64,000 nt of DNA, taken from assembly GCA_965204535.1 (NCBI GenBank), contig OZ241996.1, positions 384,001 through 448,000 on the forward strand, given 5' to 3'. Both the position numbers and the translations under genes were made by a program. A model generated the notes under the pieces. That model was given only the letters and a program-made list of their open reading frames with translations, was not told the DNA's origin and ran no database searches. Origin of the DNA: a bacterium (lineage in GTDB: Bacteria; UBA8248). Below are positions 43,267 to 52,575 of the stretch, in pieces (positions within the stretch are counted from its first letter, which is position 1; each line of letters starts with the position of its first letter).

Positions 43267-44308
43267 GCGATTCCTCATCATCCGCCTGGGAGCGATAGGC
43301 GACGTCGTTCACACCCTCCCCCTGGCCGCCGCCATCAAGGATGCGCGGCCCGATTCCCATATCACCTGGGCGGTCGAGCCGGTCCCTCGAGAAGTGCTTC
43401 TTGGAAATCCCGATATTGATGAAATTTTGACCGTCGATACCAAGGCATGGCGGAAAAATGTGCTCTCCGGCGGTTTCACTGCTCTTAGGCGCGACTTGCT
43501 GGCGGTCAGGAACGTAGACGCCGACGTGGCGCTCGACGCCCAGGGGCTGATCAAGAGCGGCTTTCTTGCATGGGCGTCGGGAGCGCCTCTTCGCATCGGG
43601 TTCGAGCATCGTTTTTGCCGAGAGGGGATGAACGTACTCTTCACGACGCATCACGTACTGCCCCCGGAGAACCCCCACCACGTAGTGGAGAAGAATTTAT
43701 CTCTTCTCGAGCCGTTGGGTTTACCGGTTCCGCCTAAGGAGCAATACCGCTTTCCGCTTCATGAAACGCAAGGAGAGAGGGAGAAGGCGGAAGACTGTTT
43801 GGACAGCCTGGGGCGCCGAGACGGCCGCCCCTTGTTGGTGGTTCATCCTGGGGGCGGTTGGGTGACGAAACGCTGGGACACGGCCCGTTTCGCACAACTC
43901 GCCGATCACTGGCGGGAGAATGACATGGGGGACGCTCTCCTGATATGGGGTCCTGGAGAGGAAAAGATGGTGGATGAGGTGACGGACGCAATGAGAACAC
44001 AGCCTTTTGTCGCACCTGCGACGAGCGTCCGCGAAATGATGGCCTTGATTCGGCGTGGTTCTTGTTTTGTGGGCGGCGACTCGGGTCCCCTTCATCTCGC
44101 CGCCGCCATGGGGGTTAAGTGTCTGGCGATCATGGGACCCACGGAACCCGTGAGAAACGGCCCGTGGGGAGCGGGGAATCTGGTTTTGCACCGTCGTCTC
44201 GCCTGCAGCGGTTGTTACGCGAGAAGATGCCCGGATATCGAGTGTCTCGAGCGCGTGAGGGTCGAAGAAGCGATTGATGCGCTGAACCGGCTTCAGTCGG
44301 CCCCATGA
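43259..44308 (+). CDS. waaC: Lipopolysaccharide heptosyltransferase I (GT9)
   Basis: LIIRLGAIGDVVHTLP, DAQGLIKSG, HPGGGWVTKRW, GGDSGPLHLAAA, MGPT. Confidence 0.85.
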   Translation: MGERFLIIRLGAIGDVVHTLPLAAAIKDARPDSHITWAVEPVPREVLLGNPDIDEILTVDTKAWRKNVLSGGFTALRRDLLAVRNVDADVALDAQGLIKSGFLAWASGAPLRIGFEHRFCREGMNVLFTTHHVLPPENPHHVVEKNLSLLEPLGLPVPPKEQYRFPLHETQGEREKAEDCLDSLGRRDGRPLLVVHPGGGWVTKRWDTARFAQLADHWRENDMGDALLIWGPGEEKMVDEVTDAMRTQPFVAPATSVREMMALIRRGSCFVGGDSGPLHLAAAMGVKCLAIMGPTEPVRNGPWGAGNLVLHRRLACSGCYARRCPDIECLERVRVEEAIDALNRLQSAP

Positions 44309-44451
44309 AAAACATGGCGAAATATGCGAAACTAAAAGAGTTTCTCGTGAAAGAAGCGGGCACTGTTTCCGTTTTTGGCGAGATGTGATGAACGACCTGA
44401 TGGTTTCTGGTCAATTTATCGTTTTGACTGAAATTTGGAGATAAGCGGAAG

Positions 44452-44649
44452 ATGAGCGTCGACAAAGAATTGTTGGAGATATTGGCGTGTCCCGTCACCA
44501 AGACCCCCCTTGAGTTGAGCGGGGACGGGAATTATTTGATCGCCCGGGAATCGGGGCTGGTCTATAAAATCGAAGACGGCATCCCCATCATGCTCGTGGA
44601 CGAAGCCATCCCGCTCGATGAGTGGGAGAAAACCCAGGGGAAGGCCTAG
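44452..44649 (+). CDS. Trm112/YcaR family protein
   Basis: ELLEILACPVTKTPL...YKIEDGIPIMLVDEA. Confidence 0.92.
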   Translation: MSVDKELLEILACPVTKTPLELSGDGNYLIARESGLVYKIEDGIPIMLVDEAIPLDEWEKTQGKA

Positions 44650-44653
44650 AAAA

Positions 44654-45478
44654 ATGTCCGGCTTGGCGGAAGCGTCTGCCGAAGCCGATACGGGAAAGGA
44701 GCCGGTCTCCGAATCGGCAAGGGAACCGATTAGCGTCACGATTATCGCCCACAACGAGGCGGAACGCATCGGCGCGTGTATCGACAGCGTTTCCTGGGCG
44801 GATGAGATTATCGTCGTGGACGCCGGCAGTACGGATGATACGCAGGAAATATGCCGAAAACGCGGCGCACTGGTCATCCGGCATCCCTGGGAAGGATATG
44901 CGGCGCAAAAAAATTTCGCTCTATCGAAAGCGAGCCACTCCTGGATACTGAGTCTGGATGCGGATGAATGCGTAAGTTCTGAACTTGCCGAGGAAATTCT
45001 CTCCGTTTTGTCTGATGATGCTCCTGCAGAGGGGTATCGTGTGCCCCGAAAGAACATATTCTTCGGCCGCTGGCTCCGTCACGGCGACCTTTGGCCGGAT
45101 TACCAGCTTCGGTTGTTCCGGAGTGATGCCGGAGCGTTTAACGAGAAAAGCGTTCACGAATCCGTGGTGGTCGAAGGGCGGGTGGGTATATTTTCGTCTC
45201 CTTTGGAACACTACAGCTATGACTCGCTTTTCAATTTTTTCCAAAGACAGGTGAAATACGCCAGGTTATCGGCGGAGGATTTGTCTTCCAGGGGGGTGCA
45301 ACCCGGAATAGCCGATTTCGTCATCCGACCTCTTTGGCGTTTTTTCAAAAGCTACGTCTTGAAGATGGGCCTTCTGGATGGTGTGAATGGGTTATGGGTA
45401 TCTGCGGGCTCCGCTTATTATGTGTTCATGCGCACCGCCTTTTTGTGGGAGCTGTGTCGAAGACGTGAACGCCCCTAG
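44654..45478 (+). CDS. GT2 glycosyltransferase (WaaE/KdtX-like)
   Basis: IIAHNEA, ADEIIVVDAGSTD, GYAAQKN, LDADE, PDYQLRLF, VHE. Confidence 0.88.
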   Translation: MSGLAEASAEADTGKEPVSESAREPISVTIIAHNEAERIGACIDSVSWADEIIVVDAGSTDDTQEICRKRGALVIRHPWEGYAAQKNFALSKASHSWILSLDADECVSSELAEEILSVLSDDAPAEGYRVPRKNIFFGRWLRHGDLWPDYQLRLFRSDAGAFNEKSVHESVVVEGRVGIFSSPLEHYSYDSLFNFFQRQVKYARLSAEDLSSRGVQPGIADFVIRPLWRFFKSYVLKMGLLDGVNGLWVSAGSAYYVFMRTAFLWELCRRRERP

Positions 45479-45686
45479 CGTTGTTCATACGGAAGCATTC
45501 CCGGGCATGGGCGGACGGGAGAAGGGACTCCTCCCCGAGGCCGCCTCACTTGGTGGGCTCGGGCAAGAGATTCCGCTATTCGGGCGTCCGGACGGCGAAC
45601 CGAGGATCGGGGTGATCCGTGCAGGCGCGCCATTCGAGCTGGTTCAAATGACGCCTCATTCGATTTCACAAGAGAATGCCAGATGA
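45465..45686 (+). pseudogene. Truncated, degenerate GT4 glycosyltransferase N-terminus
   Basis: VNAPSVVHTEAFPGMGGREKGLLPEAASLGGLGQEIPLFGRPDG resembles the GT4 pattern (I/V)LHTExxxGxGGQExxxLxExxxLxxxGxxV; ends after 73 codons at the msbA start. Confidence 0.6.
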
Positions 45687-47470
45687 GCCGCACCCGGGTA
45701 TATCTCAGACTCCTGAAATACTTGCGTCCCTACCGGTTTCGCTTCGGCGTCGCCGTCGCCTGCACCATCGTTGTGGGCGGTCTGAATGCGTATCCCGCGT
45801 ACCTCGTTCAACATGTCATCAATGATATTTTGATCTCGAAGCGAGCCGACATCGTCCTTTTGATTTGCCTGTCCCTTGTCGTCGTCTATCTGGTGAAGGG
45901 CATCGCCGCTTATTGCCAGAACTATTTCATGCTCTGGGTCGGTCAGCATGTGGTGAAGGACGTCAGAAACGAGCTTCACGGGCATCTCCTGAATTTGCCG
46001 CTTCGGTTTTTCGAGGTGAAGACGACCGGTGAGCTGATGTCGAAAGTCATATACGACATCTCTTTGATGCAGCATGCGGCGACGGAGTCCGTGCGGGAAC
46101 TGCTCCGCCATGGGTTCACCTTCATCGCTTTGCTCGGCGTGGCGATTTACCAGAGCCCCAAAATGGCGCTGATATTCGTCGTACTTATTCCCCTGGTGGC
46201 GATTCTGGTCGTGACGATGGGAGAGAAGATTCGCCGGATCACGCGGAGGAGTCAGGAGCGCATGGGAGATATGAGCAACCTGATGAAGGAAACCTATGCG
46301 GGAGTCCGCGTCGTGAAGGCGTTTGGAACCGAAGTCGAGGAAGAAGGACGTTTCATGCGCGCCACACGTTCTTTTTTCGACACGATTATGCGGGCCATGC
46401 GGGTTCGCTCGCTGGCGCCGCCCATGGTGGAGATCATCGGTGGTCTGATGGGAGCGGGTATTCTGTGGTTCGGCGCCCAGGCGGTTATCTTCGGAAATAT
46501 GGATCCGGGAAAGCTGATAAGTTTCGCCGTCGCCCTCGGCATGGCCTACAACCCGCTGAAATCCTTCACACGGGTGTTTCATAGCCTGGTGGAAGGAATA
46601 GCGGGCGCCCAGTCGGTTTTCGAGGTCCTGGATGAGCATGCACCTGAGGACAAGAATCCCGATGGCGAAGAGATGGGGCGTTTAGCCCGGAATATAAGAT
46701 TCGAGGACGTGCATTTTTCCTATTCGGACGAAGCGACGCTCGAGGATATCAGCGTAGAAGTTCCGGCAGGCTGCACGCTGGCCGTCGTGGGGATGAGCGG
46801 CGCGGGGAAAAGTACGTTGCTGGACTTGATACCGCGTTTTTATCTGCCCGCCAGGGGGAGCATCTCTTTCGACGGGAAAGAGGCGTCGCGGTATTCACTG
46901 AGCAGCCTGCGCGCCCAGATCGGCGTGGTGACCCAGCAGGTGATTCTGTTCAATGATACGGCGGCGAACAACATCGCCTATGGGGAGAAAAGACCCGTCA
47001 GTCGTGACGAAATAATCTCGGCGGCGAAAGCGGCCAACGCCCATGATTTCATTATGGAGCTTGATAATGGGTATGAGACCATGCTGGGTGAGGAGGGAGT
47101 ACGCCTCTCCGGCGGCGAACGCCAGCGCATCGCCATTGCGCGCGCGATTTTGAGGGATCCTTCTATTTTGCTGCTCGATGAAGCCACGAGCGCGCTCGAC
47201 ACGGAGAGTGAGCAGTTGATTCAAGAAGCTCTGGAGCCTTTGATGAAGGGCCGCACCACGTTTGTGGTGGCTCACAGGCTCTCCACGGTCCGAAACGCCG
47301 ACTCGATCATCGTGCTCGACGGGGGGCGGATCGTGGAGAGGGGAACGCACGATGATTTGATGAAGCTGGGCGGCTTGTACCAGAGACTCTACGAAATGCA
47401 GTTTGTGAGCGAGGAATTATCTCTTTCCGAAGAAATCAAAAGCGCAACGAATGGGGAAACCATGTCGTAA
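45683..47470 (+). CDS. msbA: Lipid A export ABC transporter
   Basis: Six-TM domain plus NBD: GMSGAGKST, LSGGERQR, LLDEATSALD, AHRLST; LPS-locus context. Confidence 0.88.
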   Translation: MSRTRVYLRLLKYLRPYRFRFGVAVACTIVVGGLNAYPAYLVQHVINDILISKRADIVLLICLSLVVVYLVKGIAAYCQNYFMLWVGQHVVKDVRNELHGHLLNLPLRFFEVKTTGELMSKVIYDISLMQHAATESVRELLRHGFTFIALLGVAIYQSPKMALIFVVLIPLVAILVVTMGEKIRRITRRSQERMGDMSNLMKETYAGVRVVKAFGTEVEEEGRFMRATRSFFDTIMRAMRVRSLAPPMVEIIGGLMGAGILWFGAQAVIFGNMDPGKLISFAVALGMAYNPLKSFTRVFHSLVEGIAGAQSVFEVLDEHAPEDKNPDGEEMGRLARNIRFEDVHFSYSDEATLEDISVEVPAGCTLAVVGMSGAGKSTLLDLIPRFYLPARGSISFDGKEASRYSLSSLRAQIGVVTQQVILFNDTAANNIAYGEKRPVSRDEIISAAKAANAHDFIMELDNGYETMLGEEGVRLSGGERQRIAIARAILRDPSILLLDEATSALDTESEQLIQEALEPLMKGRTTFVVAHRLSTVRNADSIIVLDGGRIVERGTHDDLMKLGGLYQRLYEMQFVSEELSLSEEIKSATNGETMS

Positions 47471-47770
47471 GATTATTCGCTCGCGTAACAATACGACCGG
47501 ACGAAAAGGTGAATCTCGCGTCCTGAATTTGATGTCGGATAGTTAAGCGAAATCCCGGCGTTATCATACATTCATGGGGTTGAGTTTCCGCTTATTAATC
47601 CCGACTTCATTTTATTATCAGGAAAAAAGCGGAAATTTTCCGGGGATGCCGTCTCGCTGGAGGTATGCTCTCGTGAAGCTTGCCCTGATTCGCTCCACAT
47701 TGATGGATCGTAGACTGCGTTTGGAAAAATCAACCAGGTGCATTCGGCTCTGAGCTGAGAGAACAACTTC

Positions 47771-48991
47771 ATGCAAAAGCTAAGAGTCTATTTCCCGGAA
47801 CTGGGAGAGCGATTCAGGGGGCGTTCACCGGCGTCTCGGGTGGCGTTCGGCGGGCTTCTTGGTTTCGCCGTCACAGCCCCTTTTTCGATATCGCTCGCTC
47901 AAATATGCGTGTTCACCGCCGTGGTGGCTTGGCTGGCTTCCATGACCAAAGCGGCTCCCTTGCTGACCCAGAAATTTCCGTTGTGGATGCCTTGGCTTTT
48001 TTTCGCGCTATTTACACTTGCCAGCGCCTTTCATGCACCCGATTCGCTCAAAAGCCTTATCAAAACGCGAGAATTGACGCAGATCATGATTTTTTATTTG
48101 GCGATGAACGTCATCCAGGACGACCGGGAAGCGATTTGGTTGGTGAAAGTGCTCTTGGCGGCCACGAGCTTTATCGCCTTGTATGCCTTGGGCGTATCGC
48201 TGCCAGGGACATTGTCGCTGGCGAATCGCCCGTCGGGCTTTTTCAGCATATACATGACGCTAGGCGGTTTTCTGCTTGTAGCCGGTCTTTTGGCGTTCTC
48301 GTACCTCATGGTGCCGTCTCGGGAACGCAAGAGCGTATGGGTCTACACGTCGGTCCTCCTCATCCTCTCTGCGTTGATGACGACATTGAGTCGGAGCGCC
48401 TGGATCGGACTTGTCGTCGGGACGGCGGTTGTAGCTGTGGCGAGTGGGCGCAAGAAGGTGGGTTTGTGTTTGGCGCTGGTGGCGGTACTGGTGGTATTCA
48501 TCGCGCCGCATTCCATTCGCCAGCGCGTGAAGAGCATGGTGAACCTCCGGGATAAAACGGCCGTGGAACGGATTTACATGTGGAATAGCGGCTTGCAGAT
48601 GTTCATGGAGAAGAAATTCTTGGGTTTCGGACCTGGGCGAATCCAGGAGAATTACACCCGGTATGCAAACCCCGAAGTGACGCCGAAATCTCCCTCCCAT
48701 TTACATAACAATATGGTTCACTTGGCTGCCGAGCGGGGAATTCTTGCTCTGGGCGCCTGGATTTGGGTCTGGATCGGATATTTCGTCTTGGTTGTTCAGC
48801 GAATTCGGAATACAAGAGACGCGCCTTTTGGGACACGATTTCGCATGGTGGGTGGTTTGGCCGTGGCTGCGGGTTTTTTAAGCGCCGGGATGTTCGAGTA
48901 CAACTTCGGCGATTCCGAGGTGGTGATGCTCGTGTTCATGGCGATCGCCTTGCCTTTTATGGGCAGGGAGAGTGAGATTCAACAAGAGTAG
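47771..48991 (+). CDS. waaL: O-antigen ligase family protein
   Basis: Multi-TM; TLSRSAW, ERIYMW, GFGPG, HLHNN, GMFEYNFGDSEV. Confidence 0.85.
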   Translation: MQKLRVYFPELGERFRGRSPASRVAFGGLLGFAVTAPFSISLAQICVFTAVVAWLASMTKAAPLLTQKFPLWMPWLFFALFTLASAFHAPDSLKSLIKTRELTQIMIFYLAMNVIQDDREAIWLVKVLLAATSFIALYALGVSLPGTLSLANRPSGFFSIYMTLGGFLLVAGLLAFSYLMVPSRERKSVWVYTSVLLILSALMTTLSRSAWIGLVVGTAVVAVASGRKKVGLCLALVAVLVVFIAPHSIRQRVKSMVNLRDKTAVERIYMWNSGLQMFMEKKFLGFGPGRIQENYTRYANPEVTPKSPSHLHNNMVHLAAERGILALGAWIWVWIGYFVLVVQRIRNTRDAPFGTRFRMVGGLAVAAGFLSAGMFEYNFGDSEVVMLVFMAIALPFMGRESEIQQE

Positions 48992-49009
48992 TTGTTTGGA
49001 TACGTGCGT

Positions 49010-50194
49010 TTAGCGGAATCGGAACAAAGATTGGAAAAAACCTAATTTTTTGACCGGTTCAGCGGCCACGAGGTCGGTCCCGCCGATTTTGTTGCCTCCC
49101 AGTTCATACGTGACGCGGCCCACTTTTTGGCCGGCGCGGACGGGTGCGGTTACCTCTTCGGGCAACTCCAGTTTCATGGAGATACGTTTTTCTTCACCCC
49201 TTTTTACCAATGTCTCGACACTTTCCTTGAACTGGATGCGTACCGTCCGTTTCTGGCCCTTCAGCACCTTGATTTGCTGGCGTTTCGGTTTTTTCGTCTT
49301 GCCCAAATCGATCCAGCGGTATTGGTTGAAACCCCATGCGAGCAGACGCTTGGCCTCTTTGAATCGGCGTCTGGAGTGGCTCGACCCCATTACGACGGCG
49401 ATGAGTCTTAGGTTTTTGCGTTTGGCTGTGGCGGCGATGCTGAATCCCGCTTTGCGGTGATAGCCTGTTTTGAGGCCATCGACCCCGCGAAACCGCCCGA
49501 GGAGAGTGTTCGTGTTCGTAAGGATGAAGCTCCCCTTCCTGAAAGGAGCGTTCTTGGTGGCGCTCCACTTCATGATGAGCGGATATTTTATCAACTCGCG
49601 GGCAAGAATGCCGGCGTCGCGCGCGCTCATTTGATTGGTCGGTTTTTTTCCGCCCGGCGGAAGCCCGTTGACGTTAACGAAACGGGTGTTCGTCATGCCG
49701 AGTTCCTTGGCGCGCTGGTTCATCATATCGACGAAGGCTTCGGCGTCTCCGGCAATGTGTTCCGCCACGGCGTAGGATGAATCGTTTGCAGAACTGATGA
49801 TGATGGATTTCATCAAATCCCTCAGGGTAAATTTTTCCCCTTGCTTCAAATACACTTGCTGGCCCCCGATCCGGGAGGCGCTTCTGCTGGTTGTGATGAT
49901 ATCGTCGAGGTGGATGATGTTTCTTCTAATTTGTTCCATGGCGATTAACGCCGTCATCATTTTCACGATGGAAGCGGGCTTTGTAGGAAGCCGTTCATTG
50001 CGTGCTTTCAGGACCCGTCCCGTGTTCGCTTCAATCAGCAGGATCGAGCGATAGGGAATGGGTTTTTTGCGGGAACGTTTTCGGCGCGCGGAAGCCGAAT
50101 CGACGCCGAGAATTAGAGAAAATGTGAACAAGAAGACGCAGGCTGTGATGACGGTTAAACGGGATCGCCGATGGTGACCCAAAGCGAATAACAT
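49010..50194 (-). CDS. dacA: D-alanyl-D-alanine carboxypeptidase (peptidase S11)
   Basis: Signal peptide, PASIVKMMT (SxxK), SAN, DGLKTGY, PBP5 C-terminal domain. Confidence 0.9.
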   Translation of the reverse strand: MLFALGHHRRSRLTVITACVFLFTFSLILGVDSASARRKRSRKKPIPYRSILLIEANTGRVLKARNERLPTKPASIVKMMTALIAMEQIRRNIIHLDDIITTSRSASRIGGQQVYLKQGEKFTLRDLMKSIIISSANDSSYAVAEHIAGDAEAFVDMMNQRAKELGMTNTRFVNVNGLPPGGKKPTNQMSARDAGILARELIKYPLIMKWSATKNAPFRKGSFILTNTNTLLGRFRGVDGLKTGYHRKAGFSIAATAKRKNLRLIAVVMGSSHSRRRFKEAKRLLAWGFNQYRWIDLGKTKKPKRQQIKVLKGQKRTVRIQFKESVETLVKRGEEKRISMKLELPEEVTAPVRAGQKVGRVTYELGGNKIGGTDLVAAEPVKKLGFFQSLFRFR

Positions 50195-50441
50195 GCGCTT
50201 TCCTTAAATTGCTGTCGATACGGGCGGGTGGGCGAAGGAGCCAAGCGGATTATCTGTTCCCCTTGTACTTGAACCAATTAAAGACTTTTTCCATGTGCTT
50301 GTCAAAGCGGAAAATAATGGGTCGGTAGGAGCCCGCTCGTATGCTCATATCCCTACTTGTGACGGCGAGAAACTCTGTCTGCGCGACATCCTTAATTTCC
50401 ATTTCTTGCGTCTGCTTGGTTGCTCTGATAGGATTTGCGCT

Positions 50442-50471
50442 ACCAAAGGGGTATTGACCAAAGGGGTATTG
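50442..50471 (+). repeat. Perfect 15-bp tandem duplication ACCAAAGGGGTATTG x2
   Basis: Copies at 50442-50456 and 50457-50471 in the dacA/dapA divergent intergenic region. Confidence 0.85.
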
Positions 50472-50578
50472 ACGAAATTTCTGTACACAAAGGTGACGCA
50501 CGTCAAGCGTGCCCTGTCTGAAAATGGGGTATGACATTCTTTTTTGCCGCATGGGCGGAAGGAGAAGGAGGTCTTCTC

Positions 50579-51472
50579 ATGTTTAAGGGTTCTTATGTCG
50601 CGATGGTCACTCCGTTCCGCGACGGAAAGCTCGACGAAGAGGGCGTTCGCTCTCTGGTGGAATTTCATGTTGAAAATGGAACGCACGGGATTGTGGCGTG
50701 TGGGACCACGGGAGAGTCCGCCACGCTGAGCCATGAAGAACACGACCGGGTCGTGGAGTTGGTCATCGAGCAGGTGAATGGGAGGATTCCGGTCATCGCC
50801 GGCTCGGGTTCGAACAGCACCGCAGAGGCCGTTCAGCGCACCCAGTACGCCATGCGGGCCGGTGCGGATGGGGCGCTCCTGGTGGCGCCTTACTACAACA
50901 AGCCTACGCAGGAAGGCCTGTATCAACATTTCCGCGCAATCGCGGAATCAGCCGATATCCCGATCGTTCTCTACAACGTGCCGGGCCGCACGGTGGTGCA
51001 GATAGCCCCCGACACGGTGGCGCGCCTCTCGGAGATTCCCAACATTGTGGGCATCAAGGAGGCGACCGGGGATCTGGCGAATTGCTGCGACATCGTATCC
51101 CGCGTGCCGGACGATTTCATCGTGCTTTCGGGAGATGATTTCGTCACGCTGCCCATGATGGCGATGGGCGGTGTGGGCACGATTTCGGTGACGGCGAACG
51201 TGGCGCCTGCGGACGTGGCCCGGATGTGCCAGGCCCAACTCGATGGAGATACCGCCACGGCGAAAGCGCTGCATTACAAGATGTGGGAACTCAATCACAT
51301 GATGTTCTGCGAAACGAACCCGATTCCGGCGAAAGCGACTCTGGCGATTATGGGGCGCATCGCGCTGGAATACAGGCTGCCGCTTTGCGCGCCGTCTGAC
51401 GCCAATATGGCAAAGCTGGAAGCATTCGCCCGAGAATACGGTTTGGTCGAAGAAGCGGTGGCGGCATCGTAA
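50579..51472 (+). CDS. dapA: 4-hydroxy-tetrahydrodipicolinate synthase
   Basis: MFKGSYVAMVTPF, GTTGES, PYYNKP, LYNVPGRT, GIKEA, ETNPIP; SD AAGGAGG upstream. Confidence 0.96.
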   Translation: MFKGSYVAMVTPFRDGKLDEEGVRSLVEFHVENGTHGIVACGTTGESATLSHEEHDRVVELVIEQVNGRIPVIAGSGSNSTAEAVQRTQYAMRAGADGALLVAPYYNKPTQEGLYQHFRAIAESADIPIVLYNVPGRTVVQIAPDTVARLSEIPNIVGIKEATGDLANCCDIVSRVPDDFIVLSGDDFVTLPMMAMGGVGTISVTANVAPADVARMCQAQLDGDTATAKALHYKMWELNHMMFCETNPIPAKATLAIMGRIALEYRLPLCAPSDANMAKLEAFAREYGLVEEAVAAS

Positions 51473-51500
51473 ACATACGCTGAGCAGAGAATCAGAAAGA

Positions 51501-51539
51501 AAGAGCGGGAGCGATCAAAGCTCCCGCTTTTTTCGTTTT
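51501..51539 (+). terminator. Intrinsic terminator after dapA (possibly bidirectional)
   Basis: AGCGGGAGC-gatcaaa-GCTCCCGCT followed by a T-run; A-rich on the 5' side. Confidence 0.8.
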
Positions 51540-51546
51540 CTGATGA

Positions 51547-52425
51547 TTATTCTTCCAGTCCCAGGACCTTGAGAGCGTTTCCACCGAACCAAAGTTCTTT
51601 CACGTCATCTTTCAGTGGGAAATTATCGAATTCGACCAGACTTTCCTTGGGGCTGATCATCGGCCAGTTCGATGCCCAGAGAATTTTCTTCTTGAGCACC
51701 GAGTTCCCGTAGCGTGTCAATGGCTCCCAACCGGTGTCGGGCGTGGCGATGTATTTGGGCATCGTTCCGCTGACTTCGATGTACAGATTGGGGTGCCGCC
51801 AGCTCACGGCGATCATCTCGAGTATCCACGGCCAGCCTCCGTGCACCGCCACGATGCGTAGCTCGGGAAAATCTCTCGCCACCTCGTCCAGGTATATCGG
51901 GCGCCCGTAATCGAGCAGGTTCGAACTCGAGAGGTTCATCGAAGTGTGGAGCAAAACAGGTATCCCTAGTTCCACGCATTTGGCGTAAACGGGATAGAAC
52001 TTCTTGTCGTTCGCATGAAGCCCGAGCTCCCATGGTCCCATGTTGACGCCCCGCAGGCCGTATTCTTTCACGTCGCGCTCCAGATCGCGCAGCGCATCCA
52101 TGCCGCGGAAAGGATCGCACCCGGCCGTTCCGATGAGGCGGTCCGGGTAGTCCTTGATGTATTCGTGCAAAACGTCGGCGGGAAATTTCGTGCCCGAGAT
52201 CGTCGTCATGTCGGAAGTCTTGATAACGGCCTTGTCCACCCCTTGTTCATCCAAAAAGGCGACGAACTCCTCCGGCTTCATGTAGCGGTGCTCTTCCGTA
52301 TTGCCGAAAACCCTGTCCCCGTAATGTTTGGCGTAATCCGCTAAGCGGCCCGTCGGTTTCAGGTATCTGTCCAGACCCTCGGGAATCGGGCATGAGACCC
52401 TGAAGTCAATAATGGGTGTCGGCAT
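51547..52425 (-). CDS. Amidohydrolase_2 family protein with atypical active-site motifs
   Basis: YPVYAKCVELGIPVLLHT, VARDFPELRIVAVHGGWPW, PNLYIE, GGNALKVLGL. Confidence 0.85.
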   Translation of the reverse strand: MPTPIIDFRVSCPIPEGLDRYLKPTGRLADYAKHYGDRVFGNTEEHRYMKPEEFVAFLDEQGVDKAVIKTSDMTTISGTKFPADVLHEYIKDYPDRLIGTAGCDPFRGMDALRDLERDVKEYGLRGVNMGPWELGLHANDKKFYPVYAKCVELGIPVLLHTSMNLSSSNLLDYGRPIYLDEVARDFPELRIVAVHGGWPWILEMIAVSWRHPNLYIEVSGTMPKYIATPDTGWEPLTRYGNSVLKKKILWASNWPMISPKESLVEFDNFPLKDDVKELWFGGNALKVLGLEE

Positions 52426-52575
52426 CCGTAAACTCCGTGGAATTGGAATCTATTATGAACGCAGATTACATCAGGATGCTCGTTGCCGGATAGTCAGCGC
52501 AAGAAAATGCCCGCTTCCTCGCCAGAGAGCATCGAATCCATTATCCTCTTTTTCATTTTGAGGTCGGGGGATTTC

